The position numbers and the translations under genes are program-made. Positions 1 to 16,460 of a stretch of DNA of 64,000 nt are shown here, in pieces (the stretch's first letter is position 1; every line of letters begins with the position of its first letter). The DNA comes from the human T2T-CHM13v2.0 reference genome, Homo sapiens: assembly GCF_009914755.1 (NCBI RefSeq), contig NC_060927.1. One strand, 5' to 3'. Below the pieces are notes generated by a model. It saw only the letters and a program-made list of their open reading frames with translations. It was not told the origin of the DNA and did not search any database.

Positions 1-2732
1 TCCACCAATTAGGGTTCAGGTCTGAAGTGGAGCTCTAAAATCTCTATTTTCAACAAGGTTCTCCAGAGTAAATCTGATATAAACGGTCCAATAATCAAAC
101 AGAGAAATATTACAGTCAGGTATAGACTGAAAACAATCAAAAATTTCTCTATTAACCAACAGAGCCATTCCCCAAATAAATTATGTCTTTTATGCTGTAT
201 TAACAAAGTCTAAAAGCCAGAAATAACTAATTAACTGTGAAAAGACCTGCAAACTCTCAATAGATTATATTTTTCTGAAAATTGCTCTTCTTACAATGAC
301 AACCCATCTGACTCTACAAGGTTGATAAAATTATGGCAAAATGAAATCTCAGTAGGTAGCAACAGCTGAATCATTTTGTGTTTACAGAAGCACACAGGGA
401 GAGATGATTCATTACGTCTGTATCTAAAATATTTGTTTTATCAAGGACAGATGATTAAACTGTGACTGTGAAATTCCAGTGAAGAACTGTACTGTTCACT
501 GGCATTTACAATAAAAAGCACCACCAGAGATCAACAATTTCTATCAGGAATTTTAAAACATGAAACCTGATAAATGTTTCCCCAAACACGAAAATGACAT
601 TGATTTTTCTTCCATGATTTAGTGGAACTGAGTAATACATTTAAGGGGCCTCAGAATCTGAGGCAGTTCTGACATGGTTTTATATAGAAGGGTTAAGGGC
701 TGCCACTCACATTCAGCAGATGGCCTGTCAGAATATTGTGGAGGAGACAGGAAAACTCACAGGGCCTTTTCTCTATGACCTGACTCTGTGGCCAAGATAC
801 AACTAAAGAAGAACATGGCCCAGTGTTGTCTTCAGAATCTCCACAAACACCAGTTTTGTAAGATGGAAGTGATGAGAACAGAAAGGCTTGGCGGTCAAAT
901 AAATTTAGGATTACTAAATTAAACAAAACCTAACAGTAACCCTTAATGTAGGACTTCTCAAAGCCTTTAACACACTAAGAGGGGGATCCAGGAGGTAGTG
1001 CTTATAAGTTCACTACAGAGCACTGGCAGGACTATAGTGTTCTTTGAAGCAGGAATTTAAACCACTATTAGAACTTAATTACACATGGACGAGTATGTCT
1101 TTAAACAAACTGACAGCATCAGAAATGATGTATCAGAAATGTATTCGAACTGATGGATGGATCTAGAAAAAGGGGAGTCCATGCAAGATAATCAGTGCAG
1201 ATTCCTTACTCTTCCAAAAGAATATACTCAGCTTCTATATTCCCAACTCATGCATTTCTAAAGAGAAAAGCAGGTCATCAAACTCTCGTGGCTTATGGGA
1301 AATAATCCTTAGGACTATTCATTTACTCCAAATCACCACTAAGCAACCTAAAAATCTAAATTTTATTCTCATTAACAAACTTACCCACTAGGTGGGAGTA
1401 CTGTGCATGTAAAACTGCCCCAGGTTTGGACTCAAGTATGTCTACCTTAATAAAGCACCATTGTGTCTTATATGTTAGCTTTTGTAAGTTGTAACAGTAT
1501 GAATCTGACCCTCAGAATCTGCATTCACTCCAAATTTACTCATAAAAATTAAGTGATGTATTTTCTTTAATCACAAAAAATAATACTATGGCTCTGTCTT
1601 ATTAACATGGTTTTTGGAAAATACTCTTCAAAGTCCTTCAAAACAGACTGAACATAGAAGCAAATCATTCTTTCATCCCCACTTCTCAGATACCATTAAT
1701 TTCTTCAGCTTCCCTCCTCTTCTTTTCCAAATCTCTCTGAATTATCACCTATTATCTTGCCCTTGCCTCCTGTTTCAGAAGGGTCCTTTCTGCATGTCAA
1801 GGATAACCTCATTACTGGGCTCTTGTGCTCCTCACTTTCTTCCATTTATCCTCTGCTCTCTCCCTGGAAATAGTGGAAGGAAAGAGACTGAAGGCTTAAA
1901 CTCCTATTTTTAAAAAGAACAACCCTTGATCTTTATGCCACTCACTGCTTCTCCAAACTACCATCTCATCTTTCTCCCTTCATCACCAGACTCATCTAAA
2001 TTGTGTCTTCTGCTTATTATCCACTGATTCCGTAATGCCTTGCAATTTAAGTTTGACTAGTATTTCATTCCTGAACAACTTATATGTGTAACAATAGTGG
2101 ACTAGCATGAGAAATTACAGTTATTTTCATGTACAAGGGAGGTAGAACAGCACAGTTGTTTAGATGTAAATACTGAGCTGACAATTTATTAGCTACAATA
2201 CCTGGAGGATGGGGGGGTGGTGTGGGGTATGACATTACATTTCATATATGCATTTTTGTACCTTTTTATATCATATATATTTATATAATTTCCTAGTCAA
2301 AATTTTTTGAAAAATTCAATTTTAAATTTTAAAACTTCTGAGCATCCTAAAGATCAGAGAAAGGTTTTTTATATCTTATATTCAGAGTCTAATCTTGCTT
2401 TCTTTGGCCAAGAGGCTTTTTGGTAGTTTTTAAAATCTAAGAGAAAAAAACAAGTTTAAAAAGAATTGAATTTGAAGTCACTAATTTCTTATTAAGTCAA
2501 AATTTAGTAGCAGTTCAAATATTCAATATAGCTAATCATATTTGGCAAAGTGGGAGTTGAAGAAAGAACAGAGGAGAGGGATTGGAAGAAGTGGCCAACA
2601 GGAGTAAAGAAGAAAGCAAGTAAGAGCAGGAAATACGGTCACCAGGATAAAAGGAATACTGTAATTTTCCCCCAAGTAAGCACAAGAGGCACCCAGCTAA
2701 AGTAGCTCAATGGTTCTGCTCAACTTCCTTAC

Positions 2733-2832
2733 CTTCTGAGGCTTTCCTTCTTCTCTTCGCGTGATAAACAGCTGTCTAAATGCTTATTAATGTGACTTTC
2801 TGGAATGTTAACCCCGCAAACAGGACAATCCA
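2733..2832 (-). CDS. RAD18: RAD18 exon 6, UBZ4 ubiquitin-binding zinc finger (VDCPVCGVNIPESHINKHLDSCL...)
   Basis: 100 nt inside ORF 2729..2947; acceptor TACAG|TG, donor AG|GTAAGG; C-x2-C...H-x3-C motif; gene continues off the left edge. Confidence 0.96.
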
Positions 2833-3967
2833 CTGTATTTTTTAAAAAGAAAAAGAGAGACTTTATTAATTGTAGAAGGGGCAAAAGTATGTAAACTGGC
2901 ATCTTTTCAGCAAGTAAAGTAAAAAAGAATCCCAACTTAACATGCACTTAGAAAAGCAGAAAAGAAAAAGAATGGCCCATCGGGACAACAGGAGTGGGAC
3001 AGACTGGTTACTGGGTAATGGCTAAATTGTGGGAAGTCACAAAATTGAAGTCCTGGTCCCAGAGAAAGAGACTGCAAATAAGCTTGAAAGTTCATTTATT
3101 AAAAATGTTTCGGTTACATCTTTTCTACCAAGGTATGACCAAACTATAGAACTCATCTTAAATTTTCCCAACCCTTAGGAGCTATCCATGTTTAGCCCAG
3201 AAGCAATAGTAACGACTTAAGTAAGACACACCTGGCCCAAGGGCCGAGTGAAGGAAAGGTAGTTTAATAATTTATTGAGTTCAATTTTGTCAATGGTTAC
3301 AAATTTGTTAATTTAGCTCTCACTGATGATTCCATATATAATGTTAAAATTAAGGAACACAGTCATTCTCAAACTATTTCATAAAGTTGCAGGGATCTGT
3401 GGGGGTATCTCGGGGCCTACAGACCACCATGGATAATAGGCAGAAGGAGGTCAGGTGGAACAGAACAATCTGTTTTATCTATTTTATACGTTATGGTTTA
3501 TCGTAAAATTTCATTTGGGAAAAAAGGTTCCGCTAGGGGAAAAACAGTTAACCATCAAGCTAAAAAATACTACAATAAGAACTGTCAATTGGTAAAAAGA
3601 CTAAGGATAGACATAGTAGAAAATATAAGTGAAATTTATATATCTTTAAAAGATGTAAACACGTTAAGTACTAATAAACTAATTTCAATCTAAGTTTAAT
3701 ACACACTCACATCTCTGCACTACGTGTGGTATGGGTATACCAAAGATGTCTAAGAGTTTCTGCCTAAAAGGTGCTCTAAACTTCACTGGAAAGAAGATAC
3801 AGAAACAAAAAGTTAAACAAGCTGACATATTCATCAAACAGTTAAGCAAATGGGATACAAAACAGTCCAGAAAACAAGTGCTATAGCACTTTTGTGATGT
3901 GAGACAGTGTTTTCTAACATAACAAATGAATAGTGAGGATCTGGATAGAGTCTGGAAAGGTATAGAA

Positions 3968-4165
3968 CAGGGGCCAGCAAACATTCTTAGTGAAGGGCCA
4001 GGTAGAATTTAGACTTTACGGATCCTATGGCCTCTGTCACAACCATGCAACTCTGCCACTGTAGAATGAAAGCAGTCACAGAGAATAGGGTGGGTATGTG
4101 AACTTTTATTTACAAAAACAGGTGGCAAGCCAGATTAGATCTGCCAGTTGTAGTTTGCCAATTCC
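3968..4165. mobile_element. MER58-like hAT-Charlie DNA element
   Basis: Terminal CAGGGGCCAGCAAAC ... GTTTGCCAATTCCT; internal GCAACTCTGCCACTGTAG and TTTATTTACAAAAACAGG motifs. Confidence 0.7.
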
Positions 4166-4645
4166 TCAGTGTACTGGAGGAACAGTGGGGAGGCTAGAGC
4201 AGGACTTCTGAGACAGAGAGGTGAGCAATAAGGCGGGATGACTAGGTTAGGCCTCAAATTGTCACAGGCTTTATATGGCAGGCAGAACAGTGAGGAGGCA
4301 TTCAAGTGGTGGTAAAATAAGATAAAAAGAGCTTTTCAAGATTAAATGGGAACTGATATGTTGAATGAGGGGAAGAAAGATTAAAAGCTGAAAACAGAAA
4401 GCTACTGCCATACTTGAAGGCTGAACTAATTAAAATTGTTTCCTTTTTGTAGCAGTCAGCCTGAATTCCTGTTTCTGAGAGAGAAAGAGAACAAACATAT
4501 CTACAACAATGTCTGAGGTTTGTGATATGGTAAAATCTGGTTTGTCCTTTACCATTCCTTCCCCCTCAAAGATGCTGCCTATTTATTCTTATGTCATGTG
4601 GATGAAAAGATGTCCATATTTCCACATATGAAAATAACTTCCTAC

Positions 4646-4983
4646 CTTTAGTAACTTGTTTCAAAGTGGATGTCGAGGGTGGCTCAGGACGCTTAGCCTC
4701 TGAGGGATCTGGAGCGATCTCTTCTACAGAACGTGTCTCTTTGGTCTTTGCAGCAGGGCTCGCCTCTTTTTGAGGGCTGAATTTGCTTTTATTTTCTTTT
4801 ATCAACAACTCTGATGTAGAACCACTCATTTCTCTGATCAAGAAATTATCCATTAACCTGCTCCCCTGCTTTAAAGACTGTCTGGAGGCTACAGGAGTAT
4901 ATACTTTGACAGCAAGATTCTTTGAAGAGGAAGAAGCAGGAGATTTGGCTGGTGACTCTAAAGCAAACTGCAGCAGATGATTC
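4646..4983 (-). CDS. RAD18: RAD18 exon 5 (NHLLQFALESPAKSP...TLKQVTK)
   Basis: 338 nt inside ORF 4566..5024; acceptor TTCAAG|G, donor G|GTAGGA; phase 2 to 1. Confidence 0.96.
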
Positions 4984-5278
4984 CTTGAAGCACAAAGAAC
5001 ACAACAGACAATTAAGAGATCCAATTTTACATCATAAATTAACTGACATAAGCTGTTTTCCCAATTAACCTTGTTTTCTGAAATACAGGACCTATACTAT
5101 AATGACAACCAAACCAAAGTTTCTTCTAGTATAACTCAAAGCAATAAATCTAACTTAAAAGGCAGTTAATGTGTCAATAAAACAAAATGAAAGGAAATCA
5201 GCTTTAGGCCACAGAGAACAGCTTATATGAGACCTAATCTCCAACCATAAGTAACTTTAAAATCCGAACAAAATATAC

Positions 5279-5683
5279 TGATATAGTCTGGATGTCGTCT
5301 CCACCAAATCTCACATTGAAATGTGATTCCCAGTGTTGGAGGTGGGACCTGGTGGAAGGTGACTGGATCATGAGGGCGAATTTCTCATGAATGGTTTAGC
5401 ACCATTCCCTTAGTGCTGTCCTTGTAACAGTGAGTGAGTTCTCATGAGATCTGTTTTAAAAGGGTGTGGCACCTCCCACTCTGTCTCTCTTGCTCCCACT
5501 CTCACCACATGACATGCTGCCCGTCTTTTGTTTTCCACTGTGACTGTAAGCAGCCCAAGACCTCACTAGAAGCCGAGCAGATGGCTTGTACAGCTGCAGA
5601 ACCATGAGCCAATTAAACCTCTTTTCTTTGTAAATTACCCAGCCTCAAGTTTACTTTATAGCAATGTAAGAATGGCCTAACTT
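5279..5683 (+). mobile_element. MST-type (MSTB-like) MaLR solo LTR inserted in an old L1
   Basis: TGATATAGTCTGG...CCAAATCTCACATTGAAATGT start; CCAATTAAACCTCTTTTCTTTGTAAATTACCCAG end motif. Confidence 0.8.
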
Positions 5684-7550
5684 GCATAAAAAACAACTCT
5701 TTGTAGGCACTGGACTGAAATCAACACAAGGCTGCAATCCCTGAAAAAGAAGAAAACATGAAGTAGTCCAACATTTCCCCCAAGACTTACTTTACCCTGG
5801 GAGCATTTTCTAGGAATGGGTACTAAAGTGAAGTCTAAACAGGAAACATTGATCTTACTTGTTAGAGAAAATAAGAGATCAGAGTTCTGAACAAAACTGG
5901 CCAGGATTGAGGGGTCAGAGTGCTTTGACACGTGGTAGCTACTGAAAGGGAACCCCACCAGTCTGCTTAGAAATTCACATCCATTCCTGCTCATTTCCAG
6001 GGCTGCACATGATTAGACAAAAACACAGGAGACCCACTAGGAAGCTGATACTGGTAAATTAAAATCCCAAACGTCAGTGCTGGAAAGTTAGTTGTTCGCA
6101 TTGGAGCCCAGCCAAAGCTGAGAAATCTTGGTAAGATCATGGACATTCAAGTGACACCCCACAAAGACCACACCTTAGAAAAATGGACCACACTGAAGAA
6201 ATATAAACAAAGCTCAAACAGACCTAACCTAAGAAAACATTATACCAGGCCTTGACAGAACAAAGATGAAGAGCTGATAATTTAACTGCCTCTTAGAACA
6301 AAATGTGACATCTTTCAAAAGAAGACAATTCACAGCTTCTACAACGTTTCAACCACAATGTTCAGCACATATTTTAAAATTATTGAACATGCAAAGAAGC
6401 AAGAAAAAGTAGCCACTAATCAAGAGATAAAATATTCAATAGAAGCAGACCCAGAGGTAATCCAAAGAATAGCATCTCTAGGTAAGGACTTCAAACTATG
6501 ATAAACATGTTAAAGAAAAAAAAAAGAAAAGGGATAAAAAGATAGTGTATTATGAGAAATAAAATCCATAAAAAAGAATAAAATGAACATTCTACAACTG
6601 CAAAATACCATATCTAAATTGGATGAGTATAACAACACACAATACAAACTTGAAGGCAGGTCAATAGAAAATATCCAAACCAAGCACAGAGAGAAAAATG
6701 AATGAAAAAGACAAACACAAAAAAGTATGAGATATTGGGCATAATTAAAAGCCCAGAAGGAACAGAAAGAAAGAATGGGAAATCAGCAATACTAGAAAAA
6801 CCAATGGCTGAGAATTTTCAAATCTGATAGAAAAAAAAAATCAACCCATAGATTCCACCACTACCGAATTTACATGAAACGCAACAACAGAAAAATAACT
6901 AGAAAATCTCCAAATGTTAAGAAATAAAGCACCACACTTCTAAATAACCCCGCATGTCAAATCACAATGAAAACTAGAAAAATATTCTAAACTGAACGAT
7001 AGCATGAAGGGTTGCCAAAACTGTCCCTGGAGGGAAAATTATTGAAAATAGAAAAAGTAAAAACCACCACTCTAAGCTTCCAACTTAAAAGGTTAGGAAA
7101 TGAACAGCAAACTAAACCCAAAGAAGAGAGAAACTAATAACAGATACTAGTGAAATAGAAGAGATAACAAGAGAAAACAAGCAAAGCCAAACATTGGTTC
7201 TTTGAAAAAATTAACAAAACTGTTAATCCCTACTAAGACTGAACAAGAAATAAATGAGAGAAAATACAAATTACCAAAACAAAGAATTAAAAGAAGACCT
7301 CGTTACAAATCCTATAAAGAAGATAATTAGAGGATATTATGAACACTTTAAAACAACAAATTTTAAATTTTAGATAAAATGGACAAATTCTTTGAAAAGC
7401 ACTATTCATCAAAACTGACAAAGAAACAGAAAACCTGAAGAGCCCTTATTATCTATTAAAGAAACAGAAGCTATAATTTAAAACTTTTCCACAAAGAAAA
7501 CTCCAAGCCCAGATGGCTTCACTGGTAAATTCTACCACATATTTAAGGAA
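5684..7550 (+). mobile_element. Decayed L1M (5' region, ORF1/ORF2 fragments)
   Basis: A-rich plus strand; L1 ORF2 motifs TGGTTCTTTGAAAAAATTAACAAAA and CCAGATGGCTTCACTGGTAAATTCTACCA. Confidence 0.75.
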
Positions 7551-7569
7551 GCTTTGTTTATTTCTTCAG

Positions 7570-7706
7570 TGTGGACATGGTGGCACATACCCATAGTCCT
7601 AGCTAATTGGGAGGCAGAGGCAGGAGGATCCCTTGAGCCCAAGAGTTCGAGGTTACAGTGAACCATGATCATGCCACTGCACTGCAGTCTGGGCAACAGA
7701 GCAAGA
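7570..7706 (+). mobile_element. Alu monomer (FLAM/AluJ-like)
   Basis: GGAGGCAGAGGCAGGAGGATCCCTTGAGCCCAAGAGTTCGAGG...GGGCAACAGAGCAAGA. Confidence 0.85.
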
Positions 7707-7875
7707 AGAAGAGAGGAAAGGGAGGAAGGGAAGGAAAGGGAGGGAGGAATAGACGGGGGAGGGAGGAATAGAGAGGGGAAGGAGAAAGGAGGAGGGAGGG
7801 AGAAAGGAAAGGAGGGAGGAAGAAAGGAAAGCAGAGAGGGAGGGAGGGAGGGAGGAAGGAAGGAAGGAAGGAAAA
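7707..7875 (+). repeat. GA-rich polypurine tract, (GGAA/GGAG)n
   Basis: Almost pure purine run following the Alu monomer. Confidence 0.9.
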
Positions 7876-8083
7876 GTCTTGTCCATCTGTTAACTATACA
7901 ATAACCTTACCTCTTCAGAATGGGGCTAAGAATCAAGAGTCAAAATAGGCCTTTGGGTAGACATGGGCAGCCATTAAATCTATGCAATCAATTCCATGGA
8001 CTTCTGTAACTAAAGTCCTGCAATGCTTGTTCTGATCAGAAACATGTAAACAGCAGTCTAGAACCATTTGGCTAAACAATAAA

Positions 8084-8392
8084 CTGTAGTCGGCCCTTCC
8101 CATCCACCAGCTCTGCATCTGTGGATTCAACTAATCACAGAGCAAAAATGTTCAAAAAATAATAAAAGTAACAATACAACAATGAAAAATAATATAAATT
8201 TTAAAAACACAGTATGACAACGATTTATATAGCATTGTATTAGGACTATAAGTAACCTAGAGGTGATTTAAAGTATAAGGGAGGATGTGCATATGCAAAT
8301 ACTATGCCATTTTATGTCAGGGACTTCAGCATCCACAGATTTTGGTATTCTCAGGGGTCCTGGGACCAATCCCCTTTACTGAGAGACAACTG
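8084..8392. mobile_element. MER2-like Tigger (TcMar) element
   Basis: GTGGATTCAACTAATC...ATCCACAGATTTTGGTAT...GGGTCCTGGGACCAATCCCC...GACAACTGTA. Confidence 0.75.
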
Positions 8393-8496
8393 TACTAAAT
8401 TTGATCGTTTTTAGAATGCAAACCAATAAAGAAATGTGTAATTCTATTGAAAGAAATCTGTTTATATTTTTAAAAGCAACATAAGGTACCTCATAG

Positions 8497-9627
<1,131 letters not shown>

Positions 9628-9959
9628 TTAACTACAGGGGCACCTGACCACTATCTAAACCAGTACGTCCTTCATAAAAATTCTTGCTTGACTTGCAAGA
9701 TTAAAACTAAAAGTAATCCAAGATATTGAAACATGCCTTTTCATATCCCTTTGGGTGACCAAACTCACTTTCACACATTCATGCATTTGACAGGAAGTAA
9801 AGTTGCATATCTGAGCTTTATAAAGTACAAGCAATTACATATTTCAAATGCCATACCATTTAATACATGCTGAATAAATCCGATTAAGAATTAATAGATT
9901 AATATATAGCAGACAGAATCAATTATAGATATGTGTATATACATGAGTTAGTACATACA

Positions 9960-10165
9960 TATATATAACATACATATATTACTTAGCTCTGTCCATTGAG
10001 AGGGCCTAGAAGCAATGACACCCCAGTAGCAACAAGCATACCCAGCACCAGATCCTGGTCTCTAAATACTATTCTCCAAGAAGAGGAGCTCCTTGGAGAA
10101 ATGGCTGATTCTAGGGCTTGGGCAGGAAAAGGAGTATCTTCAGAGCACCCAAAAGTAAGGAAGTC
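9960..10165 (+). mobile_element. L1MC-like 3' fragment
   Basis: GAGAGGGCCTAGAAGCAATGACACCCCAGTAGCAA...CTCCTTGGAGAAATGGCTGATTCTAGGGCT. Confidence 0.55.
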
Positions 10166-10401
10166 CTCAAATCTGCGTTTTAACTCTTAATTATTCTATA
10201 CTACAGGAGAATTTCTGTTAAGTAAAGGAAGAAAATCTTACTCTAGTAAATTTTCCATGTGTGAATAATGACTGTTACTTCCCTTCTTTGACTATAAAAT
10301 ATGCAATCCTGCATTCCCTAATCCAAAGGTGCACAAAGTAAAGAGAGAACACATATAAAAGGCAAAAGTAGTTAGAGGTTAGTCACAAAATTAAATCATA
10401 C

Positions 10402-10472
10402 CGTGCAAAATTCAAGCTTTTTACCAGTTCATCTAATATGCGGTTATTTTTCAGATCCGGCTCTGTGACAGT
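10402..10472 (-). CDS. RAD18: RAD18 exon 4 (TVTEPDLKNNRILDELVKSLNFAR)
   Basis: 71 nt; acceptor TTCTAG|ACT, donor CG|GTATGA; phase 0 to 2. Confidence 0.95.
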
Positions 10473-11690
10473 CTAGAAAAAACAAACAACAGATGGAAAA
10501 AGGTCAAAAACAATAATCAACTTGTCATAATCTTGTTTTTGAAAATGTCTGACCCATCCTCCTGAGGTTCTCCATCCCACTAAGTCTTCTAAGGCAGCCT
10601 CAAAATAAAGTTCATTTATCTCATGCTAATATGAAATTTTAAAACAGTGAATCAGTATCTGCTGACTGGAAGTCTGATAAAAGCTCTCCAGAGCTTCTCT
10701 TATAATCATATATACTCTGTACTGACTACAATCAAACCTAATATAAGCAAGAATCTTTCTTCAAAATGCCAGCACTCAGCTTTCTCAGAAATTTCTCCGG
10801 AAAAACAGAAGAGAAATGTTCTTTTAAGTTCTAACACTGGGAGAGGCACTAAGTGTTCAAGGAGAATTTTAAAGTAAGATTGGTTTTCAGGAATGCAAGA
10901 GAAAAGTGACAAACCCAGTACTTATTTGGCATGAATGGTACACAGTTTATCTCAGCGATGAGACCATCTTGTCAAAAGCAGTGTAACATATCGTAAAGAT
11001 CTTAGACTTAAGAGCCAAATCACAAAATTTCTTACATAGAGAAATAGTTCGAAATGTTCAGTGACACCCTGACACCACATACCTACCAGAGAGGCAAAAC
11101 TAACCAAACTCCTTACCTAGTCCTAGTGTCGGCTCTGTCAGACCTCACTTGTCTCTTCTTTCTTTATTCCCACTTATGTTTAATTACCCTTTTAGTCTAC
11201 TTTTCCACCTGTTCCCACTACTTGAAAAGTTTCAGAAACAATAACAACAAACTTTCTAGGGTTTTCCCTGAAGCTCTGGTAGGGGAAAGATGTAAGGGAA
11301 CAGATAGGCCGGATTAAGCCCAACAGCCATGCATATTTACCTTCTGCACAAATACTTAGACAGTTCTTTGCAAATGAATAATCATACCACCAGAGTTTCT
11401 ACCAAAGTGAGAAATTATTAAAAATGAGAAGCCATAAAAACATGGGTCATAAGAATTAAAGAGTGCTACTTCCTAAAATACATTTAGGTTTTCAGAAATC
11501 TTAACAAAAAAACTGAACAAAGCCCAGCTCTTCTTACATGTACTTTAGAGGTCCTTTCTGAAAATGTCTTTCATATAGCTTAATTCAGTAACTACACATC
11601 ACCCTATATATACACAGGCTTTTACGTATACACAAAGCAGAAATATTTGCAGCAGTCAGTAAGTTTTAAAAAAAGGAAACAAAAACTCAC

Positions 11691-11752
11691 CACACAGCAA
11701 GTTGGACACTGAGTTTTATAGGACAGAAATTTTCTTATACAGAGAGAGCAGT
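11691..11752 (-). CDS. RAD18: RAD18 exon 3, second half of RING finger (YCSLCIRKFLSYKTQCPTCCV)
   Basis: 62 nt; acceptor TTGCAG|AC, donor GTG|GTGAGT; completes C3HC4; phase 1 to 0. Confidence 0.96.
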
Positions 11753-12699
11753 CTGCAAAACACAAAGTGCAACATAATGTTAATTAAGCTATATTAATAA
11801 TACAGGAATATGACTTCTAACAAAATCTTAAGCCCTAGACTATTTCCGTCATCTAAGGTATATCATCATAAGCTTAAATTTCTAGTACCTCTACTCTATG
11901 CACACTTACACATGTGATTAAACAGCATTTTAAGGAAAGGAAAACATAAATATTGTAAGTCTTTAGGATACCACAACTACACAAGCAACATACATCACTC
12001 TGTGTCCTCCATCTGCAAAACACAGGAAACATACACTTGGGCTGGGTACTGTATAAACCTGCCAGATATCTCTACTGCTTATCATTTGAAAATATAAATT
12101 TTGAAATAATATATATACACATATTAAGAAAAAATATATATCCAGGTTATCACATTAGGGACTTCTATATCTTAATTCTGTAAATAATGTCCTCTGTCCC
12201 ACATTTAACAAGCACTTTTGTGGCAGGCACTAAGAACAATATATATAAAGGAAGGTTCTTGACCTCAAGGAGCTAATAAAATAGTGAAGCAATTACAGCA
12301 TAATTCCGCATAATATATCCTAACAATTTAAGCAGGAAATGGGCACAAACTAAATTCACCACACTCAAGGCAGTGTAAATGTTCTCCCAGTCAAAGACAA
12401 AGCAGATGTGACTAACAGAATGGTACCTTACTAATTACCTAAGCTAATTTACTAGTAGCCCAAATTCAGCTGGATTCTGTTTAGTTGAGGAGGAGACAGT
12501 ACAATTTCAGTACACTGTATAAATTCAGGATTCGTTTAGTTGAGGAGGAGACAGCATAATTTCAATGGTATGGATATCCAGGAAATAAGCAAGTCTTGCC
12601 AGCCTAAGTAAGAGCACCCCAGGAGGAAAAACAAAGAAACATATTATGAAAAGGATAAAACAGACAACAGGTTGAGTTCTTTTAGGAAGCAAAGATGAA

Positions 12700-14925
<2,226 letters not shown>

Positions 14926-14935
14926 ACAGGAAAGC

Positions 14936-15500
14936 ATTTCTTAGCTTGAGCTGCCATAACAAAATACCACAGACTGGGCAGGTTAAACAACAGAAATTGT
15001 TTTCTCATGGTTCTGGAGGCTAAAAGTCCAAGATCAAGGTGCCAATATGGTAAGTTTATGCTGAAAGCTCTCTTTCTGGCCTATAGACAACCACCTGCTC
15101 ACTGCGTCCTCCCATGAGGGGGTGAGGAGTGACCATAAGCTCCGGTATCTCTTCTCATACGGACACTAATCCCATCACTAGGGCTCCACTGTCAGGACCT
15201 AATTTAAACCTAATTATCTCCCAAAGGCCTCATCTTCAAACACCAACACATTGGGGTTGGGGCTTCGACATAGGACTTTAGGGGGGATAAAATTCACTCC
15301 AGGCATTCCACCTTTAACCTCCCAAATTCATGTTCTTCTCAAATGCAAAATACATCCATCCCATCTCAACAGCCCCAAAAGTCTTAACTTATTCCAGTAC
15401 CAACTCTAAAGTCTAAAATCTAAAGTCTCATCTAAATATCACCTAAATCAGATATGGATGAGACTCAAGGTATGAATCATCCTGAGGCAAAAATTCCTGT
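14936..15500 (-). mobile_element. MLT1-type MaLR LTR plus adjacent internal fragment
   Basis: GCTGCCATAACAAAATACCACAGACTGGG...GTTCTGGAGGCT...AAGTCCAAGATCAAGGTGCC, then CAGCCCCAAAAGTCTTAAC internal motif. Confidence 0.75.
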
Positions 15501-15844
15501 CCAGACTCATTCTCTTAATTATCAATGCTGTTCTCTTTATACTATAAGAAGTCTCCTGAGCAATACTGTAAGTCAAGAAATCCTAAAACCTAGCTGCTCA
15601 GCTCAGTCACCTAGGGAGATTTATGCTGGTTTTAACTTAGTTTCCCAGGCTGTATCCCCAGTCATAGTGATTCAATGGATTTTGGTCAGTAAATCACATT
15701 CTTAATATGTAATATTGATTCAACAATGGCAACAATTTTTAAAAAATTAATAAGTTGTCACTATTAAGTTGAATTATATGAAACTGACATTTTTGGTTAA
15801 GTCAAAAATGGACAAATATTGGCAATTTCATGTGGTTCAAATAA

Positions 15845-16040
15845 ACACTGCACTTAGTATGTGCTCTGTTCTAAGCACTTTACATGTATTAACTCTTTCG
15901 ATCCTCACAGCAACCCTGAGGTTGGTACCAATGTTAGTCACATTTGACAAGAAGAAAAATGAAGCACAGGGCTCAGCCAACTTGCCAAAGATAATGGAAC
16001 TAATATGTGGCAAAGGAAAGCACCAGAGTCCAGACTCTTA
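15845..16040 (-). mobile_element. MIR
   Basis: TTCTAAGCACTTTACATGTATTAACTC...TCCTCACAGCAACCCTGAGG core. Confidence 0.7.
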
Positions 16041-16062
16041 ATATATTAATTATTAAAAATTA

Positions 16063-16280
16063 CAGATGCTCCTTGACTTAACATGGGATTACATCCCGAT
16101 AAACCCATCATAAATTGAAAATATCATAAGCCAAAATGTATTTAATATACCTATCTCTAGCCTGGGAAAAGATCAAAATTCAAAATTCAAAGTATGGTTT
16201 CTACTGAATGTGTATCGCTTTCACACCATCGTAAAGTTGAAAAATCCTAAGTCAAATCATGGTAAGTCAGGGACTGACTA
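16063..16280. mobile_element. MER47/Tigger5-like MITE
   Basis: TA|CAGATGCTCCTTGACTTA...GGGATTACATCCCGATAAACCCATC and inverted end TAAGTCAGGGACTGACTA|TA. Confidence 0.75.
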
Positions 16281-16304
16281 TATCTATAAACATTTGTTTA
16301 TAAT

Positions 16305-16460
16305 AAATATATACTGTACATTTATACTATAATGTATACTTATATAAATATGTACTATGTATAGTTATATAATGTATACTTATACAATATAGTGTATACA
16401 TTATTATATATGTAATTGTACCTATATAAGTATACATTATATATATTATGTATACATCAA
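16305..16460. repeat. AT-rich quasi-palindromic low-complexity repeat
   Basis: TATAATGTATACTTATA twice forward (16328, 16368) and once reverse-complemented (16425). Confidence 0.85.
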
